A DNA stretch of 64,000 nucleotides, taken from an uncultured Bacteroidota bacterium (GTDB lineage: Bacteria; Bacteroidota; Bacteroidia; Bacteroidales; SZUA-534). Shown piece after piece: positions 53,963-61,681 of the stretch. The notes under the pieces were generated by a model that saw only the letters and a program-made list of their open reading frames with translations, had not been told where the DNA came from and did not search any database. Position numbers and translations under genes: made by a program. Numbering within the stretch: the first letter of the stretch is position 1; the number at the start of each line of letters is the position of its first letter. Location of the stretch: assembly GCA_946404125.1 (NCBI GenBank), contig CAMJCK010000009.1:14006-78005 (forward strand), read 5' to 3'.

Positions 53963-55063
53963 CTACTTCTTTTCCAACTTCTTGGCGTCGCTCATCGATA
54001 TTTTCTTGCCGTTGTTGAACGGAACAATGAACGCGTCGGGGTATTCGGCGCTGATGGTCTTCTTGTAAGCCGACGCCTCGTCTAATGTGGCGAAACGGCC
54101 AATCATATACTTGTATTTGTTGCCGTCTTTGTACTCGAAAACGTCGGGCTTGCCCGCGAATTTCTCAATCGGGTTGGCCACGGGCGCCGAAGTGGTGGCC
54201 ACCTGCAGGCGGTAGCACAACGTGCTTTGTGCGGCTTCGGTGTCATCCTGAGCCGCAGTGGTGGCCTTCTTCACCTCCTGCTCCTCGGCGTCGAGCGATG
54301 CCAGATAGTCGCGGATGGCGCGGAAGATGGCCGATGCCAGATAATCCTGGCCGCTCTCCGACATCAGGTACTTCTCCTCTTCTTCGTTCGAGATGAAGCC
54401 GGTCTCAATCAGGATGCTCGGCATTTTGGTGTGCCAGAGAACAAGGAATCCTGCTTGCTTAACGCCGCGGTCGGCGCGCTTGGCCTTCTCGCGGAACTCG
54501 TCCTGCACCATCGACGCAAGCTTCAGGCTTTTGTCCAGATAGACGTTCTGCATCAGCGAGAAGATGATGTACGACTCGGCCGACGAGGGGTCAAATCCCT
54601 CATACTTAGTGTTATAGTCTTGCTCCATCACAATAACGGAGTTCTCTTTCTGAGCCACTTCAAGGTTGCCCTGCGATTTGTGCAGACCCATTGCAAACGT
54701 CTCAGTACCAAACGGTTTTGTGTTTTTATTTGAGTTGGCGTGAACCGAGACGAAAAGGTCGGCGTTGTTTTTGTTGGCTATTGCGGCGCGCTCGTCGAGC
54801 GGAACAAAGAAATCGGCGTCACGGGTAAAGATAACTCGGGTGTCGGGCGTGTTTTTCTTTAGATATTCGCCGACTTTGAGCGCGATTGAGAGCACAACAT
54901 CTTTTTCCTTGCCCTTCTTGCCGATGGCGCCCGTATCGTGGCCGCCGTGGCCGGCATCGAGCACCACGGTGTGTTTATACGACTGTTTTTTCTGAGCATC
55001 GGCGGTGCCGAATCCCAAGCATATTGTCAAGACCAGTGTCGCGATTGCAAGTTTTTTTCCCAT
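53963..55063 (-). CDS. N-acetylmuramoyl-L-alanine amidase (Amidase_3) with C-terminal SPOR domain
   Basis: VVLDAGHGGHDTGA, VSVHANS and ETGFISN motifs. C-terminus YRLQVATTSAPV...GRFATLDEASAYKK is SPOR-like. Confidence 0.9.
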   Translation of the reverse strand: MGKKLAIATLVLTICLGFGTADAQKKQSYKHTVVLDAGHGGHDTGAIGKKGKEKDVVLSIALKVGEYLKKNTPDTRVIFTRDADFFVPLDERAAIANKNNADLFVSVHANSNKNTKPFGTETFAMGLHKSQGNLEVAQKENSVIVMEQDYNTKYEGFDPSSAESYIIFSLMQNVYLDKSLKLASMVQDEFREKAKRADRGVKQAGFLVLWHTKMPSILIETGFISNEEEEKYLMSESGQDYLASAIFRAIRDYLASLDAEEQEVKKATTAAQDDTEAAQSTLCYRLQVATTSAPVANPIEKFAGKPDVFEYKDGNKYKYMIGRFATLDEASAYKKTISAEYPDAFIVPFNNGKKISMSDAKKLEKK

Positions 55064-55176
55064 CTGAAAATTATAAAACGGCGAACTTTCGATTGCACCT
55101 TATTTTTGTTTAGTTTTGGCACGCAATAAAAATATGTATTGCTGCGTAACAAAAATAGTATATTTTTCTATTTGAT

Positions 55177-57798
55177 TTGAAAACAAAAAGCCTTCTTGCG
55201 ACATTGTTGATATGCTTAATCATCAATTTAACAGTTGGGGCTCAAACCACTGATAATGATTCTGTTAACGCTGTCGCGAATATAGATACAACAGTAATGA
55301 CCAGCGCGGCTGACACGCTTGCGACGGCGGCTGATTCGTTATCGGTGGCCGACTCGTCGGCGACAAAAAAGCCGAAAGCGAAGAAGAATCTGCTGACCAC
55401 CGACGTGAAAACCAGCGCCAAGGATTCCACCATTTTCTCGCTCGACGGCAAGAAAGTGTTCCTTTTCGGCGATGCCAAAATCGAATATGAGGACATTGTT
55501 CTTACCGCCGCCTACATTGAGGCCGATATGGACCAGGGCATCATCTACGCCGAGGGTGTGGCCGACTCGACTGGCAACATCGATGGCCGGCCGGTGTTCA
55601 CTCAAGGCGACGAAGAGATGAAGGCCATCAACATCACCTACAACGTGAACACCAAGCGCGGCTACATTGAAAAACTCTACACCGAGCAGGAAGACGGCTA
55701 TCTGCATAGCGAACTGACTAAAAAAGAAGTGGATAACTCGATTAATATGCTTCACGGCAAGTACACCACCTGCGAGCTTGAGGACCCGCACTTCTACCTT
55801 GAGCTGACCAAAGGCAAGTACATTCCTGACAAGGCCATTATTGCCGGACCGTCGTATATGGTGATGGCCGACATTCCGCTGCCGCTGGTGATTCCGTTCG
55901 GCTACTTCCCCATCACCAAAAAGAAAACTTCGGGTTTTCTGATGCCACGCGTGGGCGAAGAGAACAACCGCGGTTTCTTCCTGTCGGACGGCGGCTACTA
56001 CTTTGCCGGCAACGATTATGTTGATTTCACGCTTCGCGGAAGCATCTACTCGAAAGGCTCGTGGTCGCTCAACGGCTCGTCGCGATACACGCTGCGATAC
56101 AAATTCTCGGGCGACGTGAACGTGACCTACGCCAAGAATGTATTCGGCGATAAAGGGTTGAAAGGCTACAGTGAACCGCAAGAATACCGCATCGGTTGGT
56201 CGCACAGGCAGGATCCCAAGGCCCGGCCGAACAGCACCTTCTCGGCCAGCGTCAACTTCTCGTCGAGCGGCTACAACAAGTACCAGACCAGATCGTCGCA
56301 AGACTATCTGACCAACACCACATCGTCGAGCATATCGTACCAGATGAACCGGATTATGAACTCGCCGTTCAGCCTGTCGATTAACATCCGGCACACGCAA
56401 AACACGTGCGACTCAAGCCTGAGCCTTACATTGCCGAATTTTTCCCTGACAATGAGCCGCATACAACCGTTCAAACGCCGTAAGGCCGTTGGTCCGATGC
56501 GGTGGTACGAAGACATCGACATAAGCTATAAGGGAGTTTTCCAAAACGAGGTTAAAACCCACATTGACAGCCTTTTCACACACGGAACGCTTGAAAAATT
56601 CGAATATAGCGTAAAGCACAGCCCAACGCTAACCAAATCATTTAAAGTGTTGAAATACTTCAGTTTGTCGCCAGGTGCATCGTACGGCGAGCGGTGGTTC
56701 TTCAAACGCCACTACATTGAGGCGATTAACGACACCACCCCCATCGACTCAAAGCACTATCGCGAACGCGAGGAACGAGGCTTCTACCGCGTTTACGACT
56801 ATAGTTTCAGCTTGAGGCTGAACACCACGCTCTACGGTATGTACAGCTACCGCCGCGGACCGGTGAAGGCTCTGCGCCACGTTATCACACCAACCGTGAG
56901 CTACAGTTGGCGCCCCGATTTCGGTCAGGAAAAATTCGGGTACTACGAGACCGACCCGCGCGACCCCAAAGGCACGAGACTATATTCGCCCTATGGCAAT
57001 AAGGACATACCCGGCAGCGGACGAAGCAGCTCGTTCAGTTTCTCACTCAACAACAAGCTGGAAATGAAGGTGAAAGACGAATCGGACACCGTGAAACAGG
57101 AACGCAAGGTTCCTATATTTGAAGCGCTGAACTTCAGCACATCGTACAATATGCTGGCCGAAGAGTTCAAATGGGACAACCTGCGCATTACCGCCAAAAC
57201 AACGATTTTCAAAACTTTCCCGATACAAATAAGCGCCACTGGCTGTTTCTACGCAACCGACTCGTTGGGCAAGAAAATCGATGAATTCGAATATAACCAC
57301 ACCGGCAAGCCGTTCCGAATCACAAACGCCTCAACATCATATAGTTACACACTGAGTTCCGACAAGCTGTATGGCAAGAACAAGAAGAAAGACAGCGATG
57401 AGAAAACGCCGGTTGTGGATGCCGAGCACTCAATGTACGACGACAGCGATCTTGAGGAATACGATTATTTTGACATTCCGTGGAGTCTGCATTTCGATTA
57501 TAGTCTCACCTACTCGAAGCCCGGCCGCGTTGGCAAACTGTCGCAATCGCTCAGTTTCAGCGGCGATTTCAGCCTGACGCCCAAATGGAAAGTTGGCTTT
57601 TCGTCTGGCTACGATTTCGACTCCAAACAGTTCACCCACACACGGTTCAGCCTTTCGCGCGACCTGCACTGCTGGGCGGCTTCGCTCAACCTTATTCCGT
57701 TTGGACCGCGGCAGAGCTACACATTCAACATCGCCGTCAAATCGGCAATTCTGCAGGACTTGAAGTACAACAAGACTAAGAGCTGGTACGACAATTAA
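55177..57798 (+). CDS. lptD: LptD-like LPS-assembly outer membrane protein
   Basis: Signal peptide. OstA-like N-domain (VFLFGDAKIEYEDIVLTAAYIEADMDQGIIYAEG) and a long beta-barrel region. TTG is the only start that retains the signal peptide (in-frame stop at 55156). Confidence 0.75.
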   Translation: MKTKSLLATLLICLIINLTVGAQTTDNDSVNAVANIDTTVMTSAADTLATAADSLSVADSSATKKPKAKKNLLTTDVKTSAKDSTIFSLDGKKVFLFGDAKIEYEDIVLTAAYIEADMDQGIIYAEGVADSTGNIDGRPVFTQGDEEMKAINITYNVNTKRGYIEKLYTEQEDGYLHSELTKKEVDNSINMLHGKYTTCELEDPHFYLELTKGKYIPDKAIIAGPSYMVMADIPLPLVIPFGYFPITKKKTSGFLMPRVGEENNRGFFLSDGGYYFAGNDYVDFTLRGSIYSKGSWSLNGSSRYTLRYKFSGDVNVTYAKNVFGDKGLKGYSEPQEYRIGWSHRQDPKARPNSTFSASVNFSSSGYNKYQTRSSQDYLTNTTSSSISYQMNRIMNSPFSLSINIRHTQNTCDSSLSLTLPNFSLTMSRIQPFKRRKAVGPMRWYEDIDISYKGVFQNEVKTHIDSLFTHGTLEKFEYSVKHSPTLTKSFKVLKYFSLSPGASYGERWFFKRHYIEAINDTTPIDSKHYREREERGFYRVYDYSFSLRLNTTLYGMYSYRRGPVKALRHVITPTVSYSWRPDFGQEKFGYYETDPRDPKGTRLYSPYGNKDIPGSGRSSSFSFSLNNKLEMKVKDESDTVKQERKVPIFEALNFSTSYNMLAEEFKWDNLRITAKTTIFKTFPIQISATGCFYATDSLGKKIDEFEYNHTGKPFRITNASTSYSYTLSSDKLYGKNKKKDSDEKTPVVDAEHSMYDDSDLEEYDYFDIPWSLHFDYSLTYSKPGRVGKLSQSLSFSGDFSLTPKWKVGFSSGYDFDSKQFTHTRFSLSRDLHCWAASLNLIPFGPRQSYTFNIAVKSAILQDLKYNKTKSWYDN

Positions 57799-57804
57799 TT
57801 GAAG

Positions 57805-57822
57805 TCCCGATAGCTATCGGGA
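57805..57822. terminator. Perfect 18-bp palindrome between convergent genes
   Basis: tcccgatagctatcggga lies 7 nt after the lptD-like stop. No T-run, so termination function is uncertain. Confidence 0.55.
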
Positions 57823-57910
57823 TGAAGGATTGAAGGACTGAAGGATTGAATTACGAATTACGAATTACGATTAAACAGTTAACCGATTCAACAATTCACC
57901 GATTCACCAA
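57823..57910. repeat. Back-to-back tandem 8-nt and 7-nt word arrays carrying stops on both strands
   Basis: Plus strand: TGA at 57823, 57831, 57839 and 57847 (period 8). Minus strand: TAA (as tta) at 57851, 57858 and 57865 (period 7), and TGA (as tca) at 57888, 57896 and 57904 (period 8). Confidence 0.8.
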
Positions 57911-57919
57911 TACAGGCTT

Positions 57920-58618
57920 CTACCCTTTCACTCCCAAAATATACCCTGTTCCGTGAACGTTGGTAATCTCAATGTTCGGGTCCGACTTCAGGTATTTGCG
58001 CAGTTTGGTGATAAAAACATCCATACTGCGGGCGGTGAAATAGCCCGTCTCGCCCCAGATTTTCTCGAGCGTCAGATTGCGGTCAACAACGTTGTTAACG
58101 TTCTGATTCAGAAAGCATAGCAGTTCCGCTTCTTTGGGCGAGAGTTTGGTTTGCGAGCCGTCTTCAAACGTCAGTGTGCGGTTTTTCACGTTGAACACAT
58201 AGCGGCCAATCGTCAGTTCCTCGACAGAATTATCGGGCTGCTGACTTGCGGGCGTGCGTTTCAGAATGGCTTTTATCTTATAGATAAGCAGTTCAGAATC
58301 AAATGGTTTGGTGATATAATCGTCGGCACCAATCTTGTAGCCTTTAATCATATCTTCCTTCATATTCTTGGCAGTCAGGTAGATAATCGGCGTGGCGGGC
58401 TTCAACTGCTTGATTTCGGCACCAATGGTGAAGCCGTCGACGTGGGGCAGCATCACATCAAGAATGCAAAGGTCGAACTGACCAGCCTTGAAGGTGGACA
58501 CCGCGTTCAGGCCGTCATCGACGAGCGTAACGTCCAAATCGTTCATTTCCAGGAACGAACGCAGCACCGAGCCGAAATTCACATCGTCCTCAACCAAAAG
58601 AATCTGTTGCTTTGACAT
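57920..58618 (-). CDS. OmpR/PhoB-type response regulator
   Basis: REC (ILLVEDDVNF...DVMLPHVDGF...ITKPF) plus a winged-helix output domain (LSPKEAELLCFL...GTGYIL). Confidence 0.9.
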   Translation of the reverse strand: MSKQQILLVEDDVNFGSVLRSFLEMNDLDVTLVDDGLNAVSTFKAGQFDLCILDVMLPHVDGFTIGAEIKQLKPATPIIYLTAKNMKEDMIKGYKIGADDYITKPFDSELLIYKIKAILKRTPASQQPDNSVEELTIGRYVFNVKNRTLTFEDGSQTKLSPKEAELLCFLNQNVNNVVDRNLTLEKIWGETGYFTARSMDVFITKLRKYLKSDPNIEITNVHGTGYILGVKG

Positions 58619-58630
58619 ATCTGTAAGTAT

Positions 58631-60184
58631 TTATGATTCAACGTTTTCATCGATTGTCGGCAGCCAGATTTCGAAGGTGCTCCCCTCGCCTTTCTGACTC
58701 GACACTTTGATTTCGCCCTTGCACGAGAGCACAATGGCCTTCACGTAACTCAATCCGAGCCCGAAACCTTTGACTGTGTGCACGTTACCCGTCGGGTGGC
58801 GGTAGAACTTCTCGAACACCTTCTCCTGCGTCTCCTTGTCCATACCTATTCCCTTGTCGCTCACCGAGATAAGCAGGTCGGTGCCAATGTTGCGGGTGGT
58901 GACGGTTATGTCGGGCGGCGTATCGATTGAGTATTTGTTGGCATTGTCCAACAAGTTGTAAATCACATTGATAAAGTGCGATTGGTCAACGCGGGCAAAA
59001 TCGTTTTTGGCATTGTTGACAAGTTTGATTGTGCCGCCGCGGTGCTCAACCTGAAGGCTGATATTGCTCACCGCCTTCTCAATAAACGGCTGAACGTGAG
59101 TCGGTTGCAAGTTCAGATTAAAATCTTTCTTGTCGAGCATCGACATTTGCAGCACCGTCTCCACCTGACGGTTCATTCGGCGGTTCTCCTCCTTGATAAT
59201 GCTTGTGAAACGCTGAATTTTCTCGGGGTCGCCAATCACTGACGGCGACGTGATTGAGTCGGCGGCCAGTTGGATTGTGGCCAGCGGCGTCTTGAACTCG
59301 TGCGTCATATTGTTCACAAAATCGGTCTTCACCTCCGACGTGCGCTTTTGGTCGACCATTGTGCGGATTGTCACCCAAAATGTTATCAATATGATAGTTG
59401 TGAACAGCACCGAGCCCCAAATGGGCAGCATCACCGAACTGTAAATCACGTTGCGGCGGTCGGGAAAATAGACCGAGAGCTTCTCGTCGTGCTGCGCGAA
59501 ATCGTTGGGAAACAAGCTTGTTTTGAAGGTCCGCTTCTGACTTTTGTAGCCCTTCGATTTCAGATTCTCGTACGGCACGCCCTTGCTGTCGGTGACTGCA
59601 AACTCAAACGGAAGGTCTATGCCCGCGTTGCGGAACTCAAAGGCCAGCGTGGGCTTGATGGTTGTGAAATCGACGCGCTCACTGATTGGGCGGTCCTTGA
59701 TGTTGAACTCGAAAAGCATCTGCTCCATCAGTTGCTCCATACCCGCGCGCCCCCAGCCGCCAGGGCCGTCGGGCTGCGTGACTGACGAGTAAGCCTGAAA
59801 CGACACATTGCCTCCATCGACCACAGTATCAATCTGATAACTATAGGTTTCGGTATTGCCGTTTCTCTCCTTCTTCATTTTCGAAAGGTCGATGACGTGC
59901 TCCTTGCTGCGGTTGCCGAAATCGCTCAGCGTCATAATGAGCGACTCCTCCTGACGGTTGCGCGCCTTGCCCGCCATTCCCGACATAAAGTTCGAAATGA
60001 AAAAGGCGTTCTGATTGCGCTCGATGCGGAAAGCCGCATTCTGCAAAGCAAAGTTGACGTGCTGCGCAAACTGCTCGTCGCGCACCGAGATGGCCTTGCG
60101 CACCCAGAAAATCTGCACGGCGATGATGCCGAAAAGCGATATTATCATCAGCGCCAGAATGCCCGAAAAACGTTGTCGTTTCAC
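58631..60184 (-). CDS. Sensor histidine kinase (HisKA + HATPase_c)
   Basis: Two TM helices, H box FVNNMTHEFKTPLATI and G boxes DKGIGM / GFGLGLSYV. GTG at 60184 is preferred because a TAAATTTG box at 60242-60249 lies inside the longer 60316 (GTG) ORF. The start remains uncertain. Confidence 0.8.
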   Translation of the reverse strand: MKRQRFSGILALMIISLFGIIAVQIFWVRKAISVRDEQFAQHVNFALQNAAFRIERNQNAFFISNFMSGMAGKARNRQEESLIMTLSDFGNRSKEHVIDLSKMKKERNGNTETYSYQIDTVVDGGNVSFQAYSSVTQPDGPGGWGRAGMEQLMEQMLFEFNIKDRPISERVDFTTIKPTLAFEFRNAGIDLPFEFAVTDSKGVPYENLKSKGYKSQKRTFKTSLFPNDFAQHDEKLSVYFPDRRNVIYSSVMLPIWGSVLFTTIILITFWVTIRTMVDQKRTSEVKTDFVNNMTHEFKTPLATIQLAADSITSPSVIGDPEKIQRFTSIIKEENRRMNRQVETVLQMSMLDKKDFNLNLQPTHVQPFIEKAVSNISLQVEHRGGTIKLVNNAKNDFARVDQSHFINVIYNLLDNANKYSIDTPPDITVTTRNIGTDLLISVSDKGIGMDKETQEKVFEKFYRHPTGNVHTVKGFGLGLSYVKAIVLSCKGEIKVSSQKGEGSTFEIWLPTIDENVES

Positions 60185-60241
60185 TGCTTTAGAATTTTTG
60201 TCAAAATTAGTCAAAAGCCGATTTTTTCGGAACCGGCGATG

Positions 60242-60249
60242 CAAATTTA
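60242..60249 (-). promoter_or_regulatory. Candidate -7 promoter box for the kinase/regulator operon
   Basis: The minus strand reads TAAATTTG. Two TTTGAC repeats 10 bp apart follow in the leader (as gtcaaa at 60200-60205 and 60210-60215). Confidence 0.4.
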
Positions 60250-60349
60250 TCGTTCCTGCGTCACTTTCCGCACGGTTTAACGTTTCGTTAACTCTTTTTA
60301 ACCAGGCCTTAACCACCGCGCGCCGTTTGCCGGCCTACATTTGCATCGT

Positions 60350-60455
60350 TTAAAAAACAGAACATTCTTTTCATAATTGGTTTTTATTAGTTGCTAAACG
60401 CGGACTCCCAATCCGCTACCGAAACGGCCTCCGACTCCCAATCCGAGGCCGTTTT
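60350..60455 (+). ncRNA. Candidate small RNA: TAnnTTTG box, two hairpins with the same C-rich loop core, terminator-like end
   Basis: TACATTTG at 60336-60343. Hairpin gcgga-ctcccaa-tccgc (60400-60416). Hairpin aaacggcctc-cgactcccaatcc-gaggccgttt plus T (60422-60455). No gene on either strand runs into this terminator-like structure. The 5' end is a guess. Confidence 0.25.
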
Positions 60456-60605
60456 CAGTTTGAGATTGACAGTCGGCCGTCAGCATTTGACAACATCGCC
60501 CGCCGCTTTGACGACCGACCGCCGACGCCTCGCAAAAAAACTCTATAATTACTTGTTATTGATGCGCTTTCGAGCCATCGGTGTTTGAACAAAATTTATA
60601 ATGAT

Positions 60606-61505
60606 ATGACAAGAGGATTTGTTGCAATTGCACTGACTTTTTTATCGCTTGGCGCGATGGCGCAGCAGGAAATCAGACTTTACGACGGCGCGGCTCCGGG
60701 CAGCGAGAACGCCGAGAACAAAGAACGCGCCCTGCGTGACGCCAACGGCCAGATTCAGACCATCTACGGCGTTGTGGACCCGTCGATAACCGTCTATCTG
60801 CCCGACGCCGACAAGGCACGCGGCACGGCTGTAATCCTCTGCTCGGGCGGCGGACTGGCCGCTCACTCGTGGGGCGACAACGTCATCAATATGGCCGAAT
60901 GGCTCAACAAACGCGGCATTGCGGCCATCGGGCTTAAATACCGCACCCGCAACACCGACGGCCCCCGGCCCAAACCCGACCCGAACAAAACTCTCGACGT
61001 GACTATCACCGAGTTCGACAAGCTTGAGAAATCGAACGCCAACCCCGACCTGACCGGTGAAGGCATAGCTTGCATCGACAACGCCATCAACGATGTGCTG
61101 CGAGCGATGGAGATTGTCCGCCAGCACGCCGCCGAATGGAAGATTGACACGGCCCGCATCGGCTACCTTGGATTCTCAGCTGGCGGCGGAGTGGCTCTCG
61201 GGGCTACCATCCGCGCCGACAGCCGTCACCGTCCGGCGTTTGTGGCCACCATCTTCGGCCCGTCGCTCATTGATGTTGATGTGCCGGCCAACGCACCCCA
61301 TCTGTTCATCGCCACCCGCAGCGACCACCGCAACGTGGCCGCCGGCCTGCTCTCGCTCTACCTCGATTGGAAAAAAGCCGGAGCCAACGCCGAGCTTCAC
61401 CTCTACGACGACGGCTACGGTCCGTTCGGCACCGCCGACACCGGCAACACCAGCGGCACCTGGCGCGAGAGTTTCTACCGGTGGATACTGTTCAACAAGT
61501 TTTGA
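60606..61505 (+). CDS. Alpha/beta hydrolase (esterase), secreted
   Basis: Signal peptide ending GAMAQ. Nucleophile elbow GFSAGG and an HSWGD oxyanion region. ATG at 60606; the ORF-track start at 60585 is TTG. Confidence 0.8.
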   Translation: MTRGFVAIALTFLSLGAMAQQEIRLYDGAAPGSENAENKERALRDANGQIQTIYGVVDPSITVYLPDADKARGTAVILCSGGGLAAHSWGDNVINMAEWLNKRGIAAIGLKYRTRNTDGPRPKPDPNKTLDVTITEFDKLEKSNANPDLTGEGIACIDNAINDVLRAMEIVRQHAAEWKIDTARIGYLGFSAGGGVALGATIRADSRHRPAFVATIFGPSLIDVDVPANAPHLFIATRSDHRNVAAGLLSLYLDWKKAGANAELHLYDDGYGPFGTADTGNTSGTWRESFYRWILFNKF

Positions 61506-61639
61506 ATCAGGCTGATATGGCAAAACACCCAGTTGCCTCAACATCTGTTTTTTTGCTATAATTGTCTGGTGACAAAAAATCTGCACGAAGAACAATCACA
61601 CTGGCAACTATGTTGAAAAATAACGAAGACTGAAGCCTC

Positions 61640-61665
61640 GGTGGAATCGCGAAATCCACCTTTTT
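61640..61665 (+). terminator. Weak terminator-like hairpin
   Basis: ggtgga-atcgcgaaa-tccacc followed by TTTTT. A TACTTTTG box follows at 61670-61677. Confidence 0.5.
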
Positions 61666-61681
61666 GGAATACTTTTGCGGA

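Noticed and set aside
55339-56400. 353-aa minus-strand ORF inside the lptD-like gene. Similar long antisense ORFs lie at 3856-4626, 19652-20332, 26660-27298, 34714-35346, 38759-39418, 41105-41893, 48399-49055 and 49650-50495.
   Set aside because: Each is the mirror frame of a gene with clear family motifs. The products are Arg/Val/His-rich, typical of antisense translation of moderately GC-rich coding DNA.
60391-60588. 65-aa ORF in the kinase/esterase divergent spacer
   Set aside because: It is made up of the twin hairpins and the phased TTGAC repeats, and its sequence is Ser/Thr/Ala/Arg-rich with no start context. It is more likely non-coding.
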